A DNA stretch of 64,000 nt from Octopus vulgaris (Eukaryota): the NCBI GenBank assembly GCA_951406725.2, contig OX597821.1:59768001-59832000 (forward strand), in the 5' to 3' direction. Each line of letters starts with the position of its first letter. Positions within the stretch are counted from its first letter, which is position 1. Position numbers and translations under genes: made by a program. Below the pieces are notes generated by a model that saw nothing but the letters and a program-made list of their open reading frames with translations, made no database searches and was not told where the DNA came from. This document shows positions 54,301 to 64,000 of this stretch, in pieces.

Positions 54301-56771
54301 CTACTATAACCCAAGGCCAACCAACACCTCTGAGTGAATATGATAGGCAGAAATTGTGTGGAAGCCCATCATGCATGTATGTGTGTGCGTGTATATATGT
54401 CTTTGTAACTTTGCAGTTTTGTGGGGAAAGAGACCAATAAAATAAGTACCAGACTTAAGTACTGTGGTCAATTCAATTTGACCAAAACCCTTCAAGGTGG
54501 GGCCCCAGCAAGAGTACAAGGATGGAAACGAGACATTTTCTAACTTTCAAATAAAACTTGTAGGAAATCAAAATGACATTTTGATATTCAATTAAAGTTT
54601 ATAAACAAGAAATAGAATGTTTTATAGAAAGCTTAACCCTTTAGCATTTAATCCGGCCCTATTAGGCCAAAGTGGAGGCGCGTGGCTTAGTGGTTAGGGT
54701 GTCAGCATCATGATCGTAAGATTGTGGTTTTGATTCCTGGACCAGGTGATGCGTTGTGTTCTTGAGCAAAACACTTCATTTCACATTGCTCCAGTCCACT
54801 CAGCTGGCAAAAATGAGTAATGCTGCGATGAACTGGCGTCCTGTCCAGCTCGGGAACACATACGCCATAGAAACCGGACCCATGAACATGGCTAGACTTT
54901 AAAAAGGGCACATTTATTTTTTATTAGGCCAAAAATATTCTACCGGCTTTATATTAAAACAGGCCAGATCTGGCCTCTTGCACCTACACTACAATGTCAC
55001 AAAAATAATCACATCACTGAAACTTTGAAGCTACAAGATAATGTATGTTTAATTCAATAGAATGTGAATAACTAAGCAATACATTTGAGAGAATAATCTG
55101 AATGCTAAAGGGTTAAGCCATTAAATATTACTTGGTGAGGAAAAGTGGATATCATTTAATGTCCATTTTTCCATGCCGGCATGGGTCAGATAGAATCTGA
55201 TGAAGCAGATTTTCTATGACTGGATGCCCTTCCAGTTTCCAAGCAAGGCAATATTCCCCCATGGCCAGGTAAGTTTTCCATAGAAGACGGAAAATGAACA
55301 ACATCACCTGAATGATGGCAATACTTGATTATAACCATCACAGGACATTAAGACAAAGGTATACTCAAACATAAACAGGCGTCATTCAGTTTCCTCTGCC
55401 AAACCCATTTACAAGCCTTTGGTTTGCCCAGGGACATAAAAAAACACTTGCCCAATGTGTTGCACAGCAGGATACAAGGACCATCATCATCATTTAACAT
55501 CTTCCATGTTAGCATGTGTCGGATGGTTTAACAGGAGCTGTGTCTGTTTTGGCATGGATTTTATGGCTGGATGCCCTTCCTAATGCCAACCATAGATATT
55601 AAATGATAATTTGAACCCTCTACTTTTCCCCGCCTGCATGTCATCATCGTCGTTTAACGTCCGTTCTCCATGCTAGCATGGGTTAAATCCACTGTGACAC
55701 ATTTTCTAAAGTCGGATGTTCTTTTTGTCATGGATTATCACTCGACACCAAGCAAGGTAACATTTTCCCTTAGTCTGGATGAGTTTTTACAAATGTTACA
55801 AACAAACAACACTTCTTGTATGACAAGGACACACACACACAAATAACAGGCTTCTCTTCAGTTTCCATGTACTAAATTCACTCACAAGACTTGCTTGTCC
55901 AGGGGTATATTAGAAAACATTTGTCTCCCACCCCCACTCCTGTGTTGCATCATCATCATCACTTAACGTCCGTTTTCCATGCTAGCATGGATTGGACAAT
56001 TTTGACTGAGGGCTGGCAAGCCAGATGGCTGCACCAGGCTCCAGTCTTGATCTGGCACAGTTTCTACAGCTGGATGCCCTTCCTAACGCCAACCACTCCG
56101 AGAGTGTAGTGGGTGCTTTTTACGTGCCACCTGCATGGGGGCCAGTCAGGCGGTACTGGCAATGACCTCGCTCGAATCTTTTTACACGTGCCAGTGAAGC
56201 GACGTTGGTAACAATCACGCTCAAATGGTGCCCTTTTACGTGCCACATGTATGGAAGCCAGTTGGCTGCTCTGGCAATGATCACAACGATCACGTTCGGA
56301 TGGTGTTCTTGGCACCCTACTAGCACAGGCGTAAGTGCCAGTAAGGCCACTGGAATTAAACCCCAAGCTATGTGGTTGTGAAGCAAACTTCTAAACAACA
56401 GTCATGCCTGCATCTACATACAGACATTTACAAGGAAAAGGCTGACCGCTATTTTGAGGCCTTGTAAGACTGATGAAGCTGACAGACAGCTAAACTTTTA
56501 AAGTCCCCATCACCTTTTTTTTTTTGGTAAAAATAGATTCAATACTCTGTATAAATGTGTTGAGGGATCCTTTAGTTAATGCTTTAGTTTCCATGTATAA
56601 CCAGACAGAGCACACAGTCATTTGACTGCAGCCATGCTGGAGCACCACCTTTAGTCGAAGAAATCAACCCTAGGACTTATTCTTTGTAAGCCTAGTACTT
56701 ATTCTATGGATCTCTTTTGCCAAACCATTAAGTTACGGGGATGGGGGGCAAGGATACAAAGACACACACAC

Positions 56772-56826
<55 letters not shown>

Positions 56827-56999
56827 CTTTCTACCAAATCCACTCACAAGGCTTTGGTTGGCCTGAGGGTATAGCAGACACTGGCCCAGGGTGCCATGCA
56901 GTGGGACTGAACCCAGAACCATGTAGTTGGGAAGCAAGCTTCTTACCACACAGCCACGCCTAATTATATATATATATACACACATATATATATACATAT

Positions 57000-57040
<41 letters not shown>

Positions 57041-58116
57041 GCAATCACCATTTAATGCTCGTTTTCCATGCTACTACAAGTTGGTCAGAATGGAGCTGGT
57101 GAATTAGAAGACTGTGCCAGACTGCTCTGGCCTGGTTTCTATTGTTGGATTCCCTTCCTAATGCCAATCACTTTACAGAGTGTACTGGGCATTTTTTATG
57201 TGGCACCAGCACCAGAGATCAAGTAACTTGCAAGACAAGGCTCCTCTCAAATGAGTGAGGAACAGTGTGATTACATGTTAGAAATATATTTTGATTTAAA
57301 AACTCGTCTTGGTTTGTGTAAACTCAAAATTAAAATATAATTAAATGTAAGAAATTTCGAATAAAAAATCTGTAAGATCAATTTAGTGATTTGATGTATA
57401 TAAAGAAAAAATTAGACATAGGAATTTTTCCTCATGTTCTTTGTTTAAATAGCAATGGTATAAATGTTTATTGTATGAGAAGGGGGGAGTGAAGAAAAGA
57501 AAATATATTAATAAGCTTGTCTACTCCCCTAAGGAATCTTTTCTTTAGAAAAAAGAAAATAGCCACCAGCTGGTTGAGGACACTATTCTAATCTTGCAAA
57601 GCATCTCTCTCTACCCATGTCCACAGCATTTGGCTATAGCAAGCAATTCGATTGGTTGCTCTAACAATAGGCTAGTTTCTAAAGTGCATGCCCTGTGAAG
57701 CCTTTGTCCTCTGCCTCCACTACTTACATGATTATAGTAAAGAAGTAAAGAACAGCTGAGATAATGTGAATAGAATCAGCTGTCTCCTAGAAAAACTAAG
57801 GGAGGGGACTAAGTAACAACACTAATTTAATAAACAACACATAGGTTATAAATATTGGGTTCCACTTTGAACAAAACCATTATTCTCCATTCGTTCAAGT
57901 TGCTAAACCTTACTCCGTTACTAAAATTCATGAAAACATTTACTAAAACGAAAAAATTACTGTTAAAGAATTTAATACAAGTTTTTTATTAAAATTATAC
58001 AATTCTTCATTCATATATAATTATTATACTATTAAACAGTTTGTACAAATAAACTACATGCTATAGAGTTCAACAAAAAAGCAGGGGTTAATACAATATT
58101 GTTAATTCATTATTGA

Positions 58117-58165
<49 letters not shown>

Positions 58166-61100
58166 ATTATATAATGTAAAAATACCTAGATATGAAAATA
58201 TAAAATCGTTTCTCATGGGAGGGCAATCAAACTCACCTATATTCCTCGGAAGGTGAATAGAACGGAGTCGGAGAGTCTTTAAAACAACCTGAGAAATACA
58301 ATTATAAGGAAAGAAAAATTAAATTCTTAAAGCTAATTTAAAATGAAATAAATCGTGAAGAAAACAAATGAATTTCCCCTAGTGTAGTTAAACCACACTA
58401 AGATATCTAATACATTATAAACATCAATCATATAGACTCATGCAAGCAGATGAAGCCAATACCATACAAACTACTTAGAATATCTTTCTTATAACAAAGA
58501 AACTCTAGAATATATTGTCATAAAAGACACTTTTATTAAATCGATAACGCTGAAAAAAAAATTTTTATCATTGATCACAAAAATTTGAAAATGATATTTG
58601 CAATGTAAGAAGTTCGCAATTCAAAAACTGAATTCTTGATACCTGTCCCACTTTAAAATCTTGAAGAAATTAACATTAAAATTACCTGATAATATTGGCC
58701 CACTGTCCACGGTATTTAGCGATAAACGTCTTTTGGGAGTTGACCTGCAAACATAAATTAAACCATATTCACTCTGTAAATAAATAATCAGTTCGAAAAA
58801 GTCAGAATATTTATTTATTTTGATCTAAATCGTTAGCGCGCCGGACAAAATGTTTAGTGGCATTTCTTCCGGCTCCTTACGTTCTGAGTTCAAATACCGC
58901 CCAGGTTAACTTTAACCGCATCCTTTCGGAGCCGATAAAATAGGTAACAGTTGAGCACTGGGGTCGATGTAATCGACTAACCTCTTCCCCATACAACTGG
59001 CTTGCCTTGTATCGAAATGTAAAGGTATTGACCTTTTCAAACATATACTCCAACAATTAAATCCGCCTTAACAGAACAGTAAACTACCGAAGCGTTTTGT
59101 GAGGTTACAGCCATCGGTTACCTCTCGATATCAGATTTGAAAATCGGGATAAAATTTCAAGTATTGCTCGGTGACAACGCATAACCGGATACAAACTCCC
59201 ATTGCTTAAAGGGCGTCATAACCGTTTCGGCAAGATCGTTCTTTCAATTTAAATTACATATGCTAGGAAAATAATTTTACTGGCAATTTACTAAGTTCCT
59301 ACAGTGTTGTTTCAGTAAAAAGAAATTTTAAAAACTGCCTTCAAAGTACCACGATTCATAAAATAGGAAAAGCGTATTTTTTTAACCATAATTTTTTTTT
59401 TAAATACTCTCCAAAGTTTTCGGGCTTTCCCCCCCTTTATTTCTTTTTCTTCTTTTACAATTTTACCTCCTCCACTTTCATAACCTTTTCTTTCCCATAA
59501 AAGTATGGGACTTCGAAGGACAGACAGCCATTCCAAAAATCTACCATTCATACTAACAGCTATAACTTAATCAAAATCAGGAGATATAAAGAACCAGTTT
59601 AATTGTCCAATAAGATTTCAAAAACAGAATGACTCTTGTTAACAGCATCTCTTAAAAGGACAATGACCCCGAAAGAAACGCATAAAGACTGACGTTACTC
59701 AATGCAAGTGTCTCTTGAATAAAACTTTAAAATCTGAAAGAATTTTCTTTTGTTCAGTTGTCTGTGGTCATGCTGGAGCATCGCTTTAAAGGGTTTTTAG
59801 TCGAAGAAATCGACCCTAGAGCCTATTCCTAGGCTCTAGTCATAAGTACTAGAGCCTAGTACTTATTCTATCGGTCGCTTTTGCCAAACCGTTAAGTTAC
59901 GGGGATCTATTCAATAGATCCAGTTACGGGGGCACACACACACACACCAGCGATTGTCAAGCGATAACAGGGGGACAGAAACACAGAACACGTTTTTTTT
60001 TTAAATTCTCTATTTATTGCCTCTTCTTTCTTTCTGCCGAAGAGCGTAAGCTGGAAACGTAAGACTTGCCATTTTTTCCCGAGTGTTAAAAACTAATACG
60101 CATGCGTTGCTACAAATGAAGGAATGCTACACACATGTATATACATACACACACACACACACACGGCGGGCTTCTTTCAGTTTCCGTCTACCAAATCCAT
60201 TCGCGAGGCCTTGGTCAGCCACGCAATGGGAACTGAACCCGGAACAATGTGATTGGGCAGCAACCTTCTTACCACACAGCTACAATGTCTTCCAGTCCTT
60301 CAAATGAAGGACTTAACTGGCATTTAAGCTTTTATGAGCAAAAAATTTAATAAAAAATACACATTTGAACAAATTTTAAGGAATTTCAATAAATGTTAAA
60401 CCAATAATGTGGAGCAACCAGAAAGTTCATAGTTTTAAGTTGAAAATAGCGAAGTTTGCCTTCAACGAAATAGTCAAACCGATAACAATTTCATCCCCCA
60501 CCACCTACATTCTGAATTTCTAAAATTCAAAACATATAAATCTGAAGAAACTACAAAAAAGGTTCCCCGATGGTGGGGGTAATACATTCGAAAACATAAG
60601 TGCGAAGGTTTGGTTGTTATTTCTAGGAGGACCAACAGCCACATATAGGTTCCCTCGCAAGGATCGTATTTGGAATGCGGTGAACAGGGTGCGGTAATGG
60701 CGAGTTTTCAATTGCAGTACTTAGCGAATGTTTAATCTTTTACTTGTTTCAGTTAGTTATCTTTTACTGCAATCATACTGAAACACCTTGAAGGGTTTAA
60801 AGTCAAATAAATCAACCCTGTACTTATACTATCGCTCCCTTTTTGACAAACAGCTAAGTTACGAGGTGCGTAATAAGAGGTGGGGGGGGAACAAACATAC
60901 AGTCGCTGCCCCAGGATAATATTTACACAAAGTGCCGCGCAGTGAAACTGAACCCCGATACCTCGTAACTGTAAAACCAGTTTCATAACTACATAGCCAT
61001 GCCTGCGCCTGTTAAATCACTCAGCTTCATTGTTCGACATTTTAATATTTCTAGTGCAAAAGGCGGTGGAGCTGATTGAATCGTGAGCACGCCAGATAAA

Positions 61101-63733
61101 ATTGCTTAGCGGCTTCTCCAACATCAGGTTCTGGTTCAAATTCTACTGAGAGTCGATGAAATAAGTACCAATTGAGCACAGGAGTTGATATACTCCTCTT
61201 TCCCCCTCCCTCAAAATTTCAGGCTTTGTGTCCAGACTAGAAAGGTTTATTTCTAGTCCAATTACTTTTCATTAGATATGAACTTACATTCCACAACTCA
61301 TTTTACATGTATTGCTCTTTATTGTTTGAATTTCATAACAGATTACAATACTAGCTTTTTAAGATATATATAGGTCATGACCATGGCAAGTTCTGTTCAG
61401 AAAGATTCCTGCACGACGAAGTTGATGACAATAAAAAAAGTGTTCATTTTGAAAAACGTGAAATAAGAGCACAATGCGTGATTTTTTTAAACAGTAACAT
61501 CAAATAAATGGTAATGTTAAAATAGATTTATAAGTATAATGTCCTGAAATGAGCCATTGGATGACCAAGGTGATCAATTTGAGTAGCAAGTTTTCCAACG
61601 GGAGACAAATTGTCATAAGGCTGAGAGACCACTGGAAGAGAGGATATCTTAAACAATTACACCTATACAGCTGCTAATTTACCATTCTCTTATCATTTAT
61701 CTTGGAAATTGTGGTTAAAATAATTGCTCATTCAATGCAATGTTCTTTAGGGACAAAGTTTCAAATCAAGAGATTCTAGTTCAAATATTAATTGGTGAGC
61801 AATTTCAAATTTGAGCCGGAGGAGTTACTCCATTGCTCAGATATCAATTGAAACTTTACAGCAACTTTTACCAATTTACGAACGTAGTCGACGTTTATGG
61901 CGCGAATTAGTTATTTAAACAGGTGACATAATTACAAGTGCATGTAAATAGAGGACAAAACTGGATATGTACAATTCGTCATCAGTTAAGAGCCGACTTG
62001 TTCAGTAGCATATATACTCACAAGTCATGGTCCTGCATGAGAACACGACTTCATTTACTGACGGATGCTGAACAAAAAGGAAAATGACAGTAAAATATAA
62101 AAAAAGTTTAAGACTGAAAGTTAGTCATGACTGGTTATGAACCCTAACGGATTGTTCTTTCTTTAAATCTTACAAGTAAGCTTTGCAATATAAAAAATAT
62201 ATATTTCCTCCCAAATTCGTCGTTTTTGAAGAACGGGTTTATCAAAATATTTTGTTTCCAAGCTGAGAAACAAAGAAAGCAATGATTAAGCCGGTTATAT
62301 GAATCAGTACATAGTAATAGATGGGATATTTTTTTAAAAAAAGTAGTTTCAGCAAAAAAATAACTAGGAAATTTTTTAAATTTAGCGAATTACTTTTGAC
62401 TAAAGAAATTCAATTTTTTAATGAATTTTCATTTGGCAATAAGTCAAGAATAATAATACAGAACACGAGACCAGAGAATTTTTAAAGCCCTGCTCAAAAC
62501 TAGATCTTGAGAAAAATATTGCATCACTTAATGTTAATCAACTTAGTTATGAAATATACCAATTGTATTTCGTTAGAAAGGGTTTTTATATTGCAAAATA
62601 GATAACTTCAGAGTAATTAGATTTGAAATCAATATACATAATAAATTCCGATATTTAGAAAATACTAAACTTAAAAACTAAGGACAAAAAAAGAGAAGGC
62701 TGGATTTTCTTATTTAATATTTTATTGGGTGATTATTATGTGGCCAAGAAAGTAAAGCGCTCCGGTTAACTCAATGTATTTCAACATCTATGTTCCTCTC
62801 CAAATCCTGCCGAGATCGACTTTTTTTAATTTTATTTTTAAGCGTCGATAAAGTAGAATCGATCCAACTGACTTGAACCATTTAGTGAACTAATCAATTT
62901 TCAAACTTTGATAAGCTACATATAGGGCAGGCGGAGATGGGGGGGAGACAATTTCAAATTTGAAACCCTGACATTGTTTGTCGGTATTCCGAAAACAAAC
63001 CACTGGTGAGAGGACAGTAAAGCAACACTTTCCTGGAGAAATGGAAAGAGAGAGAACGAGAGAGAGAGAGAGTAAAGCAACCCCCTTTATATCCAAGACT
63101 TAGGCCAGAACTAATTGAAACGTGATCAGTGTCAGTAGCGAGAGAGAGAGTGAGAGGAATTCACACCGATTGGTTGACACCAAACAAACCAACAACTTTA
63201 AATTCGTTGTCTTTAGGGAAATTAATTCACACATGCAACAATAATACACCAAATAAAACGTGCTAAGACACGTGAATATAACACTTTCCGTTTATGAATG
63301 TCCTCAAATTAATTTTACTCAAAATAAATATACAAAACGCAACTAAAAATAGAAAAACAACGCTAGAAAAAAGTTTAGTGTCCAAAATTAAAAGATATAT
63401 TAAACAGGTAAATCATGCTAATTTATAAATTACTTTTGGTAATTATACAGTAAGCGTTAGACATACAAGGAATGAAATAAAAATTATTCGTCAATTCTAA
63501 ATAATTTCGAAGAGTTTCATCAAGAGAGGCAACAAAAAGAAAACAAAATTAAACACCATATGATGAAGTTTAATTATAAAAAGAAAAATAATTTACCTGT
63601 CAGTTCTAAGTTCACTTAGGTTCATCGCCAGATTTGTAACAGGGGAATGCAAGTTTCCATTGTTTTCGCCTTTAGTTATCGACGAATTACAATCTAAAGC
63701 CATTAGTTGTAACGATCTTCCAAAATTAGACAT
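28617..63733 (-). CDS. cdc25: Cdc25 / M-phase inducer phosphatase, whole gene model with 15 coding exons (63733-63597, 58744-58686, 58288-58237, 53808-53784, 48090-47950, 46623-46492, 46321-46220, 46106-45993, 42408-42274, 40414-40310, 40206-40144, 35477-35379, 32961-32828, 31185-31068, 28754-28617); 1554 nt, about 517 aa
   Basis: Every exon is bounded by GT-AG and the phases join into one open frame. The product has the N-terminal SPVTNL and TPKRRLSL motifs and a rhodanese-type catalytic domain ([48 protein letters not shown]). Further unrecognised phase-0 exons cannot be excluded. Confidence 0.95.
28825..29033. repeat. Near-perfect inverted repeat with about 85-bp arms
   Basis: 28825-28913 is the reverse complement of 28950-29033 with a few mismatches. 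Confidence 0.9.
29034..29568 (-). mobile_element. Penelope-like element 3' remnant (pseudo-LTR with hammerhead)
   Basis: Degenerate coding-like tail followed by the minimal hammerhead and a fold-back end; class assignment is an inference. Confidence 0.45.
29171..29209 (-). ncRNA. Minimal Penelope-type hammerhead motif
   Basis: GUCU-CUGAUGA-a GGG auau CCC a-GAAA-CAGCUG-UA-AGAC with palindromic stem III. Confidence 0.65.
31068..31185 (-). CDS. cdc25: cdc25 exon 14 (AKFLRSRDR...[24 protein letters not shown])
   Basis: CH2B motif; AG/GT boundaries. Confidence 0.97.
32828..32961 (-). CDS. cdc25: cdc25 exon 13, catalytic loop ([14 protein letters not shown])
   Basis: HCX5R active-site signature; AG acceptor and GTAAGT donor. 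Confidence 0.97.
34000..35210 (+). mobile_element. piggyBac transposon 3' remnant
   Basis: Degenerate [13 protein letters not shown]...KW motif and Cys-rich tail; terminates AGGG-TTAA at 35207-35214. Confidence 0.75.
35379..35477 (-). CDS. cdc25: cdc25 exon 12 (...[16 protein letters not shown])
   Basis: CH2A motif DCRYPYEF; AG acceptor and GTAAG donor. Confidence 0.96.
35580..37710 (+). mobile_element. RTE-clade LINE fragment (endonuclease end to RT start), disrupted and split by an LTR insertion
   Basis: LLEFC..N.L...NT...FTY.SG...[25 protein letters not shown]...NYKGIKLL and QFGFVP motifs, with stops and frameshifts. Confidence 0.85.
36551..37435 (+). mobile_element. Young, internally deleted LTR retrotransposon (Gypsy-like): truncated 5' LTR 36551-36822, short internal remnant, PPT, 3' LTR 36989-37435
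   Basis: Near-identical direct repeats starting TGTAG; purine tract GGAGGGGAG before the second; 4-bp GAGT duplication at 36547-36550 and 37436-37439; CpG-rich. Confidence 0.85.
38417..39358 (+). mobile_element. CR1/L2-type LINE, 5'-truncated 3' end
   Basis: 236-aa ORF with [31 protein letters not shown] and FF..RV...WN.LP; 3' UTR ending in a (TAT)n tail. Confidence 0.9.
40144..40206 (-). CDS. cdc25: cdc25 exon 11 ([21 protein letters not shown])
   Basis: AG acceptor, GTATGT donor, 63 nt; GKH..LK motif. Confidence 0.93.
40310..40414 (-). CDS. cdc25: cdc25 exon 10 ([11 protein letters not shown]...LIGDASK)
   Basis: AG/GT boundaries, 105 nt; LIGDxSK motif that precedes the catalytic domain. 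Confidence 0.92.
40707..40913. mobile_element. Mariner-type MITE; second copy in opposite orientation at about 51886-52101
   Basis: TIR CrAGrGGGTGCTG..AAGTTC / GAACTTTTCAGCACC..CTCr in TA context. Confidence 0.7.
42274..42408 (-). CDS. cdc25: cdc25 exon 9 (...IFRTQSFD...KR...TPVYQKRRR...)
   Basis: AG/GT boundaries, 135 nt; RxxS site followed by a bipartite NLS-like KR...KRRR. Confidence 0.88.
45408..45831 (+). mobile_element. Major tRNA-headed SINE with CORE-like CCTTGGGCAAGT motif and internal (TG/TA)n; many copies (e.g. 10231-10640 -, 16797-17185 -, 18672-19263 +, 25185-25545 +, 42587-42943 +, 50735-51117 +, 56616-56960 -)
   Basis: A/B-box-like head, shared body and GAAACAAGTAAAAGAG tail recurring across the window. 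Confidence 0.88.
45993..46106 (-). CDS. cdc25: cdc25 exon 8 ([14 protein letters not shown]...LDTPT)
   Basis: AG acceptor, GTAAGT donor, 114 nt, open in frame. Confidence 0.85.
46220..46321 (-). CDS. cdc25: cdc25 exon 7 (...[13 protein letters not shown]...)
   Basis: CTGCAG acceptor, GTAATG donor, 102 nt; DDGF motif typical of Cdc25. Confidence 0.88.
46492..46623 (-). CDS. cdc25: cdc25 exon 6 (EDQFQFVPP...[13 protein letters not shown])
   Basis: AG/GT boundaries, 132 nt; RSLSAP 14-3-3-type motif. Confidence 0.88.
47080..47872 (-). mobile_element. Tc1/mariner element (rosa/DD41D-like), deleted and degenerate
   Basis: Matching TIRs CAGGGTGGxTGxAAAGTAAxTAGGCATTA at both ends with TA duplication; [15 protein letters not shown]...KEVVY motif. 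Confidence 0.8.
47950..48090 (-). CDS. cdc25: cdc25 exon 5 (...[16 protein letters not shown])
   Basis: TTTAG acceptor, GTGAGT donor, 141 nt; DSG degron-like motif. Confidence 0.88.
48223..49018. mobile_element. hAT (MER5-like) MITE interrupted by SINEs
   Basis: Ends CAATGATTCTCAACC and GTTGAGAACCACTG. Confidence 0.55.
52690..53030 (+). mobile_element. LINE APE-endonuclease fragment
   Basis: Degenerate [17 protein letters not shown] and SSDH motifs. Confidence 0.6.
53784..53808 (-). CDS. cdc25: cdc25 exon 4, 25-nt microexon (IKPQNPSF)
   Basis: Pyrimidine-rich TTTCAG acceptor and GTAAGT donor; supplies the phase 2 to 0 change needed between exons 3 and 5. Confidence 0.75.
54637..55112. mobile_element. 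piggyBac-type MITE with an internal SINE; related copies at about 31267-31461, 32180-32722, 44081-44290 and 45290-45924
   Basis: TTAA-CCCTTTAGCATT...AATGCTAAAGGG-TTAA. Confidence 0.8.
54672..54921 (+). mobile_element. tRNA-headed SINE with V-domain-like motif; relatives at 16473-16719 -, 1422-1970 +, 5225-5514 -, 38108-38400 -
   Basis: GGCGCGTGGCTTAGTGGTTAG head, CTGCGATGrACTGGCGTCCyGTCCAG motif, TATTAGGCCAAA target-site duplication. Confidence 0.8.
55948..56340 (-). mobile_element. SINE family ending in GGACGTTAAAC(GAT)n; many truncated copies (e.g. 13042-13200, 19622-19750, 29570-29790, 48323-48510, 49050-49217)
   Basis: Recurrent GTTGGCGTTAGGAAGGGCATCCAGCTGTAGAAA...CCAACCCATGCTAGCATGGAAA.CGGACGTTAAACGATGATG. 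Confidence 0.85.
58237..58288 (-). CDS. cdc25: cdc25 exon 3 ([18 protein letters not shown])
   Basis: TTTCTCAG acceptor, GTGAGT donor, phase 1 to 2; rich in SP/TP sites. Confidence 0.85.
58686..58744 (-). CDS. cdc25: cdc25 exon 2 ([19 protein letters not shown])
   Basis: TTGCAG acceptor, GTAAT donor, phase 2 to 1; TPKRRLSL motif. Confidence 0.88.
62930..63280 (-). promoter_or_regulatory. Candidate regulatory region or alternative promoter in cdc25 intron 1
   Basis: CCAAT (63169-63173) and TATAAA (63086-63091) on the - strand, palindromic double CHR-like TTTCAAATTTGAAA near 62952, CACGTG at 63269; repeat-poor region that retains CpG. Confidence 0.35.
63597..63733 (-). CDS. cdc25: cdc25 coding exon 1 ([46 protein letters not shown])
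   Basis: ATG at 63733 with an in-frame TAA shortly upstream; second possible ATG at 63703; conserved SPVTNL motif; donor AG|GTAAAT. Confidence 0.85.
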
Positions 63734-64000
63734 TTGAAGAGTTTAAACGATGGTGCTCAGCTGAAATTCGATATATTTACGATATAACAAGCAAGAACTA
63801 CTCAAACTAGACTTTCTGGTAAATATCAACAGAAATTTCTTGTTAACGCTGTCCTCGTGTCTCTAAATCTCTCCAAGAGGGTTTAATACCGATTATTTCA
63901 ACCACAAAGAAGTGTTTAGTAAATAGCTGTAGGCGTGATTAAATAATTTTTTTTTAAAAAACTCATTCAACCTTATTTTTTTTTCTACAAACTAAAGAGG

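Noticed and set aside
54672-54750. tRNA-like sequences
   Set aside because: These are SINE heads followed by SINE bodies and target-site duplications; no complete cloverleaf is supported
56461-56510. CTGATGA-AGCTG acaga CAGC-TAAA-CTT...AAG-TC hammerhead-like string
   Set aside because: GAAA is replaced by TAAA and there is no convincing stem I; at most a dead remnant
57266-57840. Possible solo LTR (TG...CA, CCAAT-like motifs)
   Set aside because: No target-site duplication or second copy could be confirmed
61370-62146. Possible hAT remnant with TAGG(G)T termini
   Set aside because: The TIR match is short and the coding signal too degenerate to support by eye
1-64000. CRISPR array or prokaryotic operon
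   Set aside because: The sequence is eukaryotic and intron-containing; repeats are dispersed transposable elements and microsatellites, not regularly spaced repeat-spacer units

Overview
AT-rich, repeat-dense eukaryotic DNA. The SINE families, microsatellite load and gene content look like an octopod cephalopod (Octopus-like); this assignment is an inference. Two convergent intron-containing genes were reconstructed by hand. (1) The last two coding exons of a clarin-family membrane protein on the + strand (17269-17454, 20305-20570); exon 1 was not found in the window. (2) A complete 15-exon cdc25 M-phase inducer phosphatase on the - strand (63733 down to 28617, about 517 aa, HCEFSSER active site), including a 25-nt microexon. 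The rest is SINEs, Tc1/mariner (Tc1, DD37D maT, rosa-like), piggyBac and hAT remnants or MITEs, LINE fragments (RTE, CR1/L2, R4/Dong-like), Penelope-like remnants, and a young, internally deleted LTR element nested in an RTE LINE. The most notable signal is a set of type I hammerhead-ribozyme motifs. One nearly intact motif sits, sense to cdc25, in a ~270-bp structured retrozyme-like element in the probable cdc25 3' UTR. A diverged sister copy near 11.5 kb shows compensatory stem changes.
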